Assembly (NCBI GenBank): GCA_963664815.2
Contig: CAXXHB010000003.1
Span: forward strand, 4,096,001-4,160,000
DNA: 64,000 nt
Origin: Spirochaetota bacterium
Lineage (GTDB): Bacteria; Spirochaetota; UBA4802; UBA5550
Direction of reading: 5' to 3'
Position numbers and translations under genes: made by a program
Shown: piece after piece, positions 41,380 through 51,403 of the stretch
How positions within the stretch are numbered: position 1 is the first letter of the stretch
Layout: every line of letters starts with the position of its first letter
Notes under the pieces: model-generated
Told to the model about the DNA's origin: nothing
The model's input: the letters and a program-made list of their open reading frames with translations, nothing else
The model's database searches: none

Positions 41380-42099
41380 ATGATAAAAAAGATATTCTTT
41401 ACGGGCATATTTTTGATTTTTACGATATCTCTTTACTCTCAGGCCCCGGGGACAAATAAAACCACCGTAACCGAAGATAAAAAAGCCACAACAGATGAAA
41501 AGAAGACTGTTACTGAAGAAAAGAAAAATACTCCTGCGGAAGTCAAAGCTTCATCTAATTCAGCAGCGCATGAATTTATCGGTAAACTTGGAACCGGTTA
41601 TGCTTCAGATCCGGGGAAATTCGGACTTGATTTGAGCCTTAACTACATTTTCAACCTTGATCCTGTTTTTGTTTTCGGATTTGAGGGTGATCTTTTCTGG
41701 ATAAAATGGAACAATGCACTCAGTGATGTTAATGCCGGGGGTTCAGCAAACGGTTCACTCAAGGCGGAAACAAACCTTTACACAATTCCGGTTTTTGCAA
41801 ACGCCCAGATAAGATTTCCTTTTCTCAGGGATAAGATATATGTAATGCCTGCAATAACCGTCGGACTCGGCTACTGTTTTATGGTTCTCGATTATGACTC
41901 TGATACTAACAAAGGAACCGATTTATACAGTGGTTTTGCATGGCAGGTACTCGCTTCTTTTTCCAATAAAATATATAAGGATTCAGCCGTTGAATTCGTA
42001 TTTGATCTGGGGTACAGAGGACTAAGTCCTGACAGAAATAATGTTGAAATAGACATGTCAGGATTCATTACAAGACTCGGCGTAAAAATGAATATGTAA
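41380..42099 (+). CDS. Outer-membrane beta-barrel protein with a K/E/T-rich N-terminal linker
   Basis: CAGGAG RBS; signal peptide; amphipathic strands (GKLGTGY, FGFEGD, VGLGY, FDLGYR, TRLGVKMNM). Confidence 0.7.
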   Translation: MIKKIFFTGIFLIFTISLYSQAPGTNKTTVTEDKKATTDEKKTVTEEKKNTPAEVKASSNSAAHEFIGKLGTGYASDPGKFGLDLSLNYIFNLDPVFVFGFEGDLFWIKWNNALSDVNAGGSANGSLKAETNLYTIPVFANAQIRFPFLRDKIYVMPAITVGLGYCFMVLDYDSDTNKGTDLYSGFAWQVLASFSNKIYKDSAVEFVFDLGYRGLSPDRNNVEIDMSGFITRLGVKMNM

Positions 42100-42109
42100 G
42101 GGAATAGCG

Positions 42110-43045
42110 ATGAAAAGAAAAGTTTTCCTTTTAATCTTAATTGTCTTTCTGTTATCCATCTTCTCATGTAAAGAAGAGAACAGAAAGATCAGGATAGGAA
42201 TTCTTCCGGTCATCGATACCCTTCCTCTTGTTGTTGCCGATTCAGAGGGTCTCTTTAAGAAAGAGGGACTTGATGTTGAACTTATTATATTCAACAGTGC
42301 CCTTGAAAGAGACGCGGCTTTTACTGCAGGAAATCTTGACGGGGCATTTGGAGATCTTATAAATTTCCTTCTCATGATAAAAAATGGTATCGATACACAG
42401 CTCGTCTGCGAATCATACCATACCTCAGATAAGGGAATAATGTTCGGATTGATGGCATCTCCGGGATCACCAATAAAAAACATCAACGAAATTAATAAAG
42501 AACAGATTGCAATATCGCGCGGTTCAATAATTGATTTTTTTCTTGATCAGATTGCTCTTTCTAAAAATGTTTCTCCTGAAAGTCTTAACAAACTTGAAGT
42601 AAAAACCATCCCTGTAAGATATCAGATGCTGATTTCCGGCTCGATTAAACTCGCGCTGCTGCCTGAACCTCTTGTCAGTAAAGGGATAAAAGACGGCGCA
42701 AAGCTTGTTGCTGACGACAGGGGTCTTAATACTACGGCTACAGTAATAATGTTCAGAAATGATTTTCTGGAAAACAACCGCATGCTCATGAAAAAATTTA
42801 TAAAGGCTTACAACGGCAGCGTCAGAAAAATAAACAGCTCCCCGGAAAAATTTAAAAATATTATGACAACCAAACTCCGGTTGCCGGCGGACATTAAAGA
42901 TACTTTTAAAACCCCTGTTTTCCATGAAGCTGTTATTCCCGCAGAAAAAGACGTAATGCTGGTATACAGCTGGATGAAAAAAAACGGTATGATTTCAATA
43001 CCCGTTGAGTATAAAAAACTTATCCGGCCGATTGACGAAAAGTGA
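42110..43045 (+). CDS. ABC transporter substrate-binding lipoprotein (SsuA/NMT1/THI5-like)
   Basis: IFSC lipobox; IRIGILP..DTLPLVVA...GLFKKEGLDVEL; LPEP. Confidence 0.88.
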   Translation: MKRKVFLLILIVFLLSIFSCKEENRKIRIGILPVIDTLPLVVADSEGLFKKEGLDVELIIFNSALERDAAFTAGNLDGAFGDLINFLLMIKNGIDTQLVCESYHTSDKGIMFGLMASPGSPIKNINEINKEQIAISRGSIIDFFLDQIALSKNVSPESLNKLEVKTIPVRYQMLISGSIKLALLPEPLVSKGIKDGAKLVADDRGLNTTATVIMFRNDFLENNRMLMKKFIKAYNGSVRKINSSPEKFKNIMTTKLRLPADIKDTFKTPVFHEAVIPAEKDVMLVYSWMKKNGMISIPVEYKKLIRPIDEK

Positions 43046-43773
43046 TCAGGCTAGAATCAGTCAACAAGAGATATTCCGGGACCACTATATTACAGGATAT
43101 CTCATTCAATATTGAGAACGGAAAGTCTCTGTCAATAATAGGGCCTTCCGGCTGCGGCAAAACTACTCTTCTCTACATGATTGCGGGACTGATCCGGCCT
43201 TCAGGCGGAACTATTCTGTTAAATAACAGGGAGATAAAAGCTCCTGATTCAAAAACAGCATTTATACTGCAGGATTACGGTCTCCTGCCATGGAAGAGTG
43301 TAATCCAGAACGTGTCGTTGGGAATGAAAATAAAGAAATATCCGAAAGAGATAATTGCTGCTGTAACAGAAAAAATTCTTCACGATCTCGGAATATACGC
43401 TCACCGGGACAAGTACCCCGCAACTTTAAGCGGCGGAGAGAAGCAGAGAGTTGCCATTGCACGCGCGCTATCAACCGAGCCTGAAATTCTTCTTATGGAT
43501 GAACCTTTCTCATCACTTGATACTCTTACGAGAGAAAAACTCCAGCAGGCAGTTTATGATATACACAGAAAGGGGAATCTTACACTGCTGACTGTAACCC
43601 ATAGTATTGAAGAAGCAGTTTTCCTTGGAGATACTATACTTGTTATGGCCGGTGGACCGGGGAGAATAATTTCCACTATCAGTAATTCTTCACGCAGAAG
43701 AAAAGATTTCAGAAACTCAGTGGAATTTTACTCAACCTGCGGTTCAATAAGAGGTATAATCGGAGATTTATGA
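43042..43773 (+). CDS. ABC transporter ATP-binding protein (TauB/SsuB-like)
   Basis: GPSGCGKT, LQDYGLLPW, LSGGEKQRVAIAR, LMDEPFS, VTHSIEEAV. Confidence 0.93.
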   Translation: MIRLESVNKRYSGTTILQDISFNIENGKSLSIIGPSGCGKTTLLYMIAGLIRPSGGTILLNNREIKAPDSKTAFILQDYGLLPWKSVIQNVSLGMKIKKYPKEIIAAVTEKILHDLGIYAHRDKYPATLSGGEKQRVAIARALSTEPEILLMDEPFSSLDTLTREKLQQAVYDIHRKGNLTLLTVTHSIEEAVFLGDTILVMAGGPGRIISTISNSSRRRKDFRNSVEFYSTCGSIRGIIGDL

Positions 43774-45407
43774 TACAGAGGATCCCCTTTATTAATCTTT
43801 TTATGACTGTTTCAGCTATCTTTATTATATGGAAGATTGCTTCACTGGCAGCTTCTTCCCCCGTTCTGCCGTCTCCGGAAAATGTTTTTATAGCCTTTAT
43901 CAATGAAGCGCGGATGCCGCTGTTCTGGAGTCATTTTGGAATAAGTGCATGGAGGGTATGTGCAAGTATTGCTATTTCATGGATTATTGCATTCCCATTG
44001 GGGGCGGTTCTAGGGTACAGCTCCGCTATGGATAAAATTTTTTCACCGGTTGTTTATCTTGCTTATCCTGTGCCGAAAATGGTTCTGCTGCCGATTGTTG
44101 TTTTGTTTTTTGGTTTAGGGGACATATCAAAGGTTATTCTTATTACGCTTATCCTCTTTTTTCAGATTCTTGTAGCTGTACGTGACGGAGTGCGCTCGGT
44201 CAACTCCAGATATTACGATTCGGTAGAATCAATGGGTGGGAGTATTTACGATATTTTCATGCACGTTGTGATTCCTGCCGCTCTCCCTTATAGTTTCACG
44301 GCAATAAGAATATCTGCGGGGACGGCGATCTCTGTATTATTCTTTGCTGAATCTTTCGCCACATCAAGCGGCCTGGGATATCTTATTATGGACGCATGGG
44401 CGCGGGCAGATTATATTATGATTTTTGTAGGCATAACAGGAATGAGCATCATGGGACTTATCCTGTTTATTATATTCTCTCTGCTTGAGAAAAAATTTTG
44501 TGCATGGAACTTTACAATGGAAAATGATAAATCACCGGCTGAGGGCATCCTCTCCAAAACTGTAACCTATTCAAAAATGATAAAACTATCGCATACACTT
44601 TTTGCTCTCCCCTTTGCCCTGTCGGGCCTGGTGCTTGCACTGCGGGAGCATAATGTTACACTCCCCATGGTATTCTGGATAATTATAGCAATGGTGGGGG
44701 CGCGTTCAGCAGCCATGGGATTTAACCGTATTGCTGATGCCGATATTGATGCAGAAAATCCGCGAACTGCAATACGTGAGATCCCGTCGGGAAATATTTC
44801 AAGAAAAGAAGCCCTCATCTTTACAATATTTTCTTCAGCCCTGCTGGTTTTTTCTGCGGCAATGCTTTCCGAAATCTGTCTGTGGCTTTCATTCCCGCTT
44901 CTCCTCTTTCTTTTTTTCTATTCTTACACAAAGCGCTTTACATGGCTTGCCCATATCTACCTCGGTTTCGCTATAGGGCTTGCGCCAGTGGCTGTATGGA
45001 TTGCTATTGCCGGCATCCCTGAGTTACCGGTTATACTCCTTGCCCTTGTCCTGATGACACACATTGCCGGATTTGACATACTCTATTCATGCCAGGATAT
45101 TGAGTTTGACAGGAAAAAAAATCTTTTTTCCATACCGGCGCGATTCGGCATAAAAAAGGCTTTTTTATTCTCCGCAGCACTTCATATACTGACAACTGCT
45201 CTGCTTTCTCTTCTCTACTTTACTGCAGGATTTGGAATTTACTACTTTATTTTTATAATTGTAATTGCCATACTATATATAATAGAACATAAAATCGTTA
45301 ACCCCGATGATATTTCAAATATCAATATTGCATTTTTTCATATTAACAGTATTATATCTGTAGCTGTATTTGCTGCTGTACTAACAGGATATCTTACAGG
45401 CAGATGA
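43770..45407 (+). CDS. Fusion of an ABC permease (SsuC/TauC-like) and an MqnP-type UbiA-family polyprenyltransferase
   Basis: Residues 1-~248 are a permease (LPSP, YPVPK, EAA-like loop, VVIPAALP, GLGYLI). Residues ~250-545 are MqnP-like (IKLSHTLFALPFA, ARSAAMGFNRIADADIDAENPRT, YSYTKRFT, GFDILYSCQDIEFD). No stop at the junction. Confidence 0.88.
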   Translation: MIQRIPFINLFMTVSAIFIIWKIASLAASSPVLPSPENVFIAFINEARMPLFWSHFGISAWRVCASIAISWIIAFPLGAVLGYSSAMDKIFSPVVYLAYPVPKMVLLPIVVLFFGLGDISKVILITLILFFQILVAVRDGVRSVNSRYYDSVESMGGSIYDIFMHVVIPAALPYSFTAIRISAGTAISVLFFAESFATSSGLGYLIMDAWARADYIMIFVGITGMSIMGLILFIIFSLLEKKFCAWNFTMENDKSPAEGILSKTVTYSKMIKLSHTLFALPFALSGLVLALREHNVTLPMVFWIIIAMVGARSAAMGFNRIADADIDAENPRTAIREIPSGNISRKEALIFTIFSSALLVFSAAMLSEICLWLSFPLLLFLFFYSYTKRFTWLAHIYLGFAIGLAPVAVWIAIAGIPELPVILLALVLMTHIAGFDILYSCQDIEFDRKKNLFSIPARFGIKKAFLFSAALHILTTALLSLLYFTAGFGIYYFIFIIVIAILYIIEHKIVNPDDISNINIAFFHINSIISVAVFAAVLTGYLTGR

Positions 45408-45417
45408 AAGAAGGTTT

Positions 45418-46002
45418 ATGAAAAAAACAATAATTACAGGTATAACAGGGGCTTCAGGAAGCATATATGCCCTCAACTTTCTCAGACATGCTTCAGCGCA
45501 TGGAATCGATTTACGTATTATTGTATCATCTAACGGAGAAGCTGTGTTTAAACATGAAACCGGGATGAGTGTATCGGAAGCCATCATGGGACTTGACGTT
45601 TTCCCGAAGGAGACCGGTTCAATAAGACTTTACGATAACAATGACATGTTTGCGGATATAGCAAGCGGCACACATAAGACAGACGGCATGGTTATTGTAC
45701 CATGTTCCATGAAAACACTTTCAGGTATTGCAAACGGCTATTCCTCATCCCTGCTGGAACGCGCAGCAGATGTAATGCTTAAAGAAAGGAGAGACCTTAT
45801 CCTCACTTTAAGAGAGACTCCTCTCAGTCTTGTTCATTTGAGGAACATGGTTCACGCAGCAGAGGCCGGGGCCATAATACTCCCTGCAGCACCCGGGTTA
45901 TATCACAAACCTGAAACAATTGATGACCTTGCAGATTTTATTACCGGGAAAATATTCGATCAGCTTGGAATAGAACACTCTCTGAATACTGTCTGGAGAT
46001 AG
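45418..46002 (+). CDS. ubiX: Flavin prenyltransferase UbiX
   Basis: GITGASG, IASG, PCSMKTL, RAADVMLKERR, RETPL. Confidence 0.94.
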   Translation: MKKTIITGITGASGSIYALNFLRHASAHGIDLRIIVSSNGEAVFKHETGMSVSEAIMGLDVFPKETGSIRLYDNNDMFADIASGTHKTDGMVIVPCSMKTLSGIANGYSSSLLERAADVMLKERRDLILTLRETPLSLVHLRNMVHAAEAGAIILPAAPGLYHKPETIDDLADFITGKIFDQLGIEHSLNTVWR

Positions 46003-46057
46003 CCTTTTATTTATAGTTTATATAAATAATAAGAAAATTAAAAACTGGAAATCAAAC

Positions 46058-47896
46058 ATGAAAAAAAACCACAGAAATCTCACCGGCTTTATAAATGAGC
46101 TTGAAAAAGAAAATGAATTAATCCGGTTTAACAAGCCGGTATCAAATATTCTTGAAATCACAGAAATCACAGACCGCATGTCAAAACTCCCCGGAGGAGG
46201 CAAGGCCTTACTATTTGAAAACGTTACCGGGTATGATTATCCCGTTCTTATAAACCAGTTCGGCAGCATCAAACGGATTAACATGGCTTTTGGAAGCGAG
46301 AGCCTCGACCTGCTGGCAGGAAGGCTTCAGAATATAATAAATACAAAGCCGCCAAAAACTTTTATTGAAAAAGTCAGGCTCATCCCTGAACTTATAAAAT
46401 ATTCACAGTTTCTTCCGCGCACAATTAAAGGGAAAGCCCCGTGCCAGGAGATTATACATACCGGGAATGATGTAGATCTCGGCAAGATGCCGGTTCTTTT
46501 CTGCTGGCCCGGTGACGGAGGCCCCTTCATCACACTCCCGGTTGTTTTCACAAAGGGATTTAGCGACGGTAAACACAACGCCGGAATGTACAGGATGCAG
46601 GTTTATGACAGAAACACAACAGGTATGCACTGGCATATACACAAGGACGGGGCACACCATTACCACGAATATCTCAGGGAGGGGAAAAGGATGGAGGTTG
46701 CTGTCGCTATAGGTACTGACCCGGCGGTAACATATTCTGCCACTGCTCCTCTGCCTCGCGGAGTTGATGAAATGCTTCTGGCAGGGTTTATAAGACAAAA
46801 ACCGGTTGAAATGGTAAAATGCATCACTGTTGATATCGAAGTACCTGCTGAATCCGAGTTCATTATTGAGGGATATGTTGATCCCGGTGAATCCAGGATA
46901 GAAGGACCCTTCGGCGATCATACCGGGTATTATTCACTCAAAGGGGATTACCCCGTTTTCCATGTTACAGCCGTTACAAGCAGAAAAAACCCGGTGTACA
47001 GCGCAACAATTGTCGGCAAACCACCGATGGAGGACTGCTACTTGGCTCTCGCCACGGAAAGAATATTTCTACCCATGATAAAAACTGTTCTTCCGGAAAT
47101 TATCGATTATATGCTGCCCTGGGAAGGTGTATTTCACAATATTGCGGTTGTTGCAATTGAAAAGGAATTTCCAGGCCACGCGGTGAAAGTTATGAACGGG
47201 CTGTGGGGTTCCGGTCAGATGAGTTTCGCTAAAATTCTGGTTATGATAGATGAGCCCTCTCTCCTCTCTGACAGAACCGGGCTTATGATGCATATACTAA
47301 ACACTGTGGATTTGTCATCAGACATAATTCTTACAAAAGGGATACTCGATGTGCTTGACCACTCTGCAGACAAACCTCTTTACGGTTCAAAACTCGGGAT
47401 AGATGTGACAAAGCGTATAAAAGGGGAGGATAAAAGATCCGACAACTATATACATGGAAAATCAGATTATAAAAAAATTGAAAGCCTCGCGTTGGCTCTC
47501 GACAGAAAAATTACAGCTTCAAGAACGTTATTTGATGAATGCAGAAACAGGATTGTTATGCTCTCAGTAAAAAAAGATAAAAAAGCAAACTCCCATTATT
47601 TTTTAAAAAAAATCCTCAACTCCTCTCTTGCTCATGAAGGATTAATTATAATATTCAATCATGATATAGATCTGAACAATGATTCTTTTACTCTCTGGAA
47701 AGTATTTAATAATGTCGATCCTGTCCGGGATATTACTCAGGAAAAGGGATGCATGATAATTGACGCTACTAAAAAAGGAATCAGTGACGGGCATACCAGG
47801 GAATGGCCGGATGATATTGAAATGACAAAAGAAGTAATTGAAAAAGTGGATTATATATTAAAAGATGAACCGGAATTTGAACATATTCCTTCGTAA
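46058..47896 (+). CDS. mqnL: UbiD-family prFMN decarboxylase, long futalosine-pathway type (MqnL-like)
   Basis: GKALLFEN, CWPGDGGPFITLP, NAGMYRMQ, MHWHIHKDG, EGPFGDHTGYY, VGKPPMED, DVLDH, duplicated C-terminal IDAT module; 612 aa. Confidence 0.85.
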   Translation: MKKNHRNLTGFINELEKENELIRFNKPVSNILEITEITDRMSKLPGGGKALLFENVTGYDYPVLINQFGSIKRINMAFGSESLDLLAGRLQNIINTKPPKTFIEKVRLIPELIKYSQFLPRTIKGKAPCQEIIHTGNDVDLGKMPVLFCWPGDGGPFITLPVVFTKGFSDGKHNAGMYRMQVYDRNTTGMHWHIHKDGAHHYHEYLREGKRMEVAVAIGTDPAVTYSATAPLPRGVDEMLLAGFIRQKPVEMVKCITVDIEVPAESEFIIEGYVDPGESRIEGPFGDHTGYYSLKGDYPVFHVTAVTSRKNPVYSATIVGKPPMEDCYLALATERIFLPMIKTVLPEIIDYMLPWEGVFHNIAVVAIEKEFPGHAVKVMNGLWGSGQMSFAKILVMIDEPSLLSDRTGLMMHILNTVDLSSDIILTKGILDVLDHSADKPLYGSKLGIDVTKRIKGEDKRSDNYIHGKSDYKKIESLALALDRKITASRTLFDECRNRIVMLSVKKDKKANSHYFLKKILNSSLAHEGLIIIFNHDIDLNNDSFTLWKVFNNVDPVRDITQEKGCMIIDATKKGISDGHTREWPDDIEMTKEVIEKVDYILKDEPEFEHIPS

Positions 47897-48288
47897 TTGT
47901 TTTTTATAACAGTTACATCTGGAAACCCTATTTGGCTGAATTCTCTTTGATCGAGTTTGCATATACGCAGGTAAAAATAATACTGTTATACTGACCGATC
48001 AATGAGCACTTAATATGCAATTTTCTGTTAAGCATACGCAATTTTTTGCATATGGCTACCGTTGTCTCCCTGTTAAATGTGGCACGAATTATACCTGAAT
48101 TATATAAATCGATATCCTCATTATAAAAAAATTATTGACATGAAAGTCAGCAATGGGCATGAAAATAAGTAATTCCACTATGTAATTTCAGATGAAGTTG
48201 TGCAATCTCGATATTTGAGATTTTATAAACTTAATTTTTAGCAGAAATTCATAGAATGAAAAAAATTTCAGATAAAGAGGTATATAAA

Positions 48289-49107
48289 ATGAGCTCATAC
48301 AATTTCAAGGGAAAAATCGCCGTAGTAACCGGCGCTGCTTCAGGTATAGGCCGCGAGCTGGCTCTTCAGCTTTCAAAAGAGGGCTGTATAGTAGCAGCAG
48401 CTGATTATAATAAAAAAGATCTCGAAGAAACAGTAAAAATGGTAAAAGATGCCGGCGGGCAGGCCAGCGCACATGAAGTTGATATTTCCAATGCTGCAGT
48501 TGTAACTAAATTCGCAGCTGATGTTAAGAAAAAATATGGCAGTATTGATATCCTCATTAACAACGCAGGTGTAACACTTTTTGGAAAATTTGACGAACTT
48601 GCTCAAAAAGATATGGAATGGATTATGGATATCAATTACTGGGGTGCAATTTATATGACAAGGGCTTTTATGCCGGAAATTAAGAACAAACCGGAATCAT
48701 ACCTTGTAAACGTCGCAAGTATTTTCAGTGTGGTTGGTACAGGAAACCAGTCTGCCTACAGTGCGACAAAATTTGCCCTCAGAGGATTTACAGAAGCTCT
48801 TACTGATGAACTACAGAAATTTCCCATCACTGTTATGAGTGTTATCCCAGGCGGAATCAAAACCAATCTCGGTAAAAATGCACGTTTTGTTAAAAACGGT
48901 GTAGTATTGAAAGATACAGAAAAACTCGCAAAAAGAATGGAAAAAATCGGAAGAACAACTGGCGCAGAAGCTGCTGCCGCAATAATCAAAGGAATGAAGA
49001 AAAGAAAAGAGCGCATACTTATCGGTTCTGATGCATGGATAATCCAGACAATCCAGAGATTTGCTCCATCCAAATACAACAGGGTTCTTGGAAAAATATT
49101 CGGCTAA
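48289..49107 (+). CDS. Short-chain dehydrogenase/reductase
   Basis: TGAASGIG, NNAG, YSATK (YxxxK), PGGIKT; GAGG RBS before 48289. Confidence 0.92.
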   Translation: MSSYNFKGKIAVVTGAASGIGRELALQLSKEGCIVAAADYNKKDLEETVKMVKDAGGQASAHEVDISNAAVVTKFAADVKKKYGSIDILINNAGVTLFGKFDELAQKDMEWIMDINYWGAIYMTRAFMPEIKNKPESYLVNVASIFSVVGTGNQSAYSATKFALRGFTEALTDELQKFPITVMSVIPGGIKTNLGKNARFVKNGVVLKDTEKLAKRMEKIGRTTGAEAAAAIIKGMKKRKERILIGSDAWIIQTIQRFAPSKYNRVLGKIFG

Positions 49108-49137
49108 TTTTTAGTATAAAATTTTTTAATCAGATAT

Positions 49138-49171
49138 AATAAGCCCCGGTTGAATTCAACCGGGGCTTATT
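49138..49171. terminator. Perfect 34-bp palindrome, probable bidirectional terminator
   Basis: AATAAGCCCCGGTTGAATTCAACCGGGGCTTATT between the convergent SDR and ankyrin genes. Confidence 0.75.
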
Positions 49172-49339
49172 TGAGTCCTAACCCCCGGCAAACATTTCGT
49201 CTTATTATTTCATCCATGAATTATCTGTTTCAGTCTTATTTGTCAAAGTCAGGATCATAGCATTCATGAATCAGATGCAGTGATTGAAATATGTTCAAAA
49301 CATCACACTGCTCTGAACATATAAGCTTCCCGTAGGTGT

Positions 49340-50785
49340 TTATTGCGCTCCGGATTGTTTCAGTATCTTAACTATTTCATCCTTGCCTTTGGTAGTTGCA
49401 TATATAAGTGCGGTTTTACCCTTTTTGTCTTTCATATTAACATCAGCTCCTTTTTCAAGCAATGCTTTCACGAGATCAGTTCTTCCGAAATAGCAAGCAA
49501 TCATCAGAGAGGTTTGACCTTCTCTGTCTTTCGCGTTAATATCTGCACCTTTTTCAATCAGATATTTCAGTGCTTCAGGTTTTCCGCTAATGATTAGATT
49601 GATCAGGGCGGTTTTACCCTTTTTGTCTTTCACGTTGACATCAGCACCTTTATCCATCAACATCTGCAAAACCTCTGTTTGCATCTTTACTATATCCTGG
49701 TCTACTCCGGGATAGATAATGTAATTTTCGAGTACGAATGCATGTATCAATGCAGTTTGACCGGCAAGGTCTTTCAGCTTGACATCTGCTCCCCTTTCCA
49801 GTAAAATTCTGACAACTGCGGTTTGCATCTTTCTGATTTCTGCATCAATTCCGCCCGGATTCACACTTATCATCAATGCAGTCTGGCCCTTTTTATCTTT
49901 TGTATTTATACCTGCACCTTTATCAAGTAATAGTTTTACAGTTTCGGTCATACCGGCGGCAGCCGCGTAAAACAGAGCGGTTTTCCCTTCATTGTCAATT
50001 GCGTTAATATCGATGCCTCTATCCAGCAGCAGATTTACTGCTTCAGACTGCCCTCTGGAAATTGCAGCCATAAGTGCGTTCTGCCCATCTTTGTCTTTTG
50101 CACTAATATCAGCCCCTTTATCAAGCAACATTTTCACTAAATTATAAGAAATACCTTCCCGATTATTCCGTTGCGCAGCATATAGCAATGGGGTTTTACC
50201 ATATTTGTCTCTTACATTAACATCAACACCTCTATCAAGAAATACTTTAATTGCCTCAGGTTCTCCTCGTCTGGCACATATCACTGTCAATGGAGTTTGA
50301 TCCAATGTATTTTGCACGTTAATATCGGCACCCTTTTCAAGCAGCATGTTGAGAATTTTAGCACCCGCCAGCCTGTCAGCAAGATAATTCCCCCCTGAAA
50401 CACGCAATATTGCAGTCAGGCCATTATTATCTTTTGCGTTAACATCAGCACCTTTATCAAGTAGCCTCTTTACAGCATTAATATTGGTAAAACCGACCGC
50501 AATCATCAATGCAGTATTGCCAGCTTTGTCTTTTGCATTGACATCGGCGCCTTTATCAATTAATATTTTTATAAGTTCATCATCTCCGTAATTACTCATT
50601 GTAATCAATGCTGTCAGCCCATTTCCGTCTCTTGCATTTACATCTGCACCGTTATTCAGTGCTTTAATAATTCCTCCCCTGTTTTCGTTTTCGAACGCTT
50701 TTACTAAATCTTCAGTAGAGCCTGCGTATACAGGCATGAAAGGAATAAGACCAAACAGCAAAAGGCAATTAACTATTCTTTTCAC
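49340..50785 (-). CDS. Exported ankyrin-repeat protein (~12 repeats)
   Basis: Many G.TAL..A...G....VK.LL.KGADVNAKD units; likely GTG start at 50785 after GAAGGAGA gives a signal peptide. Confidence 0.9.
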   Translation of the reverse strand: MKRIVNCLLLFGLIPFMPVYAGSTEDLVKAFENENRGGIIKALNNGADVNARDGNGLTALITMSNYGDDELIKILIDKGADVNAKDKAGNTALMIAVGFTNINAVKRLLDKGADVNAKDNNGLTAILRVSGGNYLADRLAGAKILNMLLEKGADINVQNTLDQTPLTVICARRGEPEAIKVFLDRGVDVNVRDKYGKTPLLYAAQRNNREGISYNLVKMLLDKGADISAKDKDGQNALMAAISRGQSEAVNLLLDRGIDINAIDNEGKTALFYAAAAGMTETVKLLLDKGAGINTKDKKGQTALMISVNPGGIDAEIRKMQTAVVRILLERGADVKLKDLAGQTALIHAFVLENYIIYPGVDQDIVKMQTEVLQMLMDKGADVNVKDKKGKTALINLIISGKPEALKYLIEKGADINAKDREGQTSLMIACYFGRTDLVKALLEKGADVNMKDKKGKTALIYATTKGKDEIVKILKQSGAQ

Positions 50786-51403
50786 AATATTCTCTCCTTC
50801 TAATATCCAGTTATCCCGAGAAATGTATAACTTAAAGTCGCTTTGCAAAACCTGGTATCGTCTTTAAACACGACTTCAGTTTTTTTCAGGCATAAATTAT
50901 TTTCTCTTTAAAATAAAAAAAACAATGTTAAAAAAGTGCCTTACCAGAAACAATAGTTATAACAATATAGTTATTGTATATAAACTGCAAATTCAATAAA
51001 AAATATATTCCTGAGCATTGACTCTTTGAACTTTTACTATTTTAATAATCGTCGGCATAACCACATCTTAATTGATTTTCAATATAAAACAAATTACTTT
51101 TAAAATCAGATTAATATTACATCTATCCGGATTTGTTCATAATTTAAAATGATCGGCAGGAAACTGTAGACGGTTTACTGACCCTTTACTGACAGTATAT
51201 TAACAGTAGTTTACTTATGTCTGAAAGGGTGAGCATACTGTTTGAATACTGTCAATAGACTCTCTGTCAAATAATAAGCGTTAAATAACAAACGGTACAT
51301 GTAAAAACATGCACTGATTAAAAACTTGAAAAAAAATAAACATCAATGTTTATATAGAAAACATTTATCATTTCCAGTAAATAATGCAGCAGGAGTTTTC
51401 ATA

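Noticed and set aside
49340-50700. Recurrent DNA repeats that might suggest a CRISPR or DGR-like array
   Set aside because: Degenerate ~99-nt periodicity is fully explained by ankyrin coding repeats; no cas or reverse transcriptase gene
51054-51290. Integron attC site (GCATAAC ... GCGTTAAAT)
   Set aside because: The boxes are too far apart and not complementary; no cassette array or integrase
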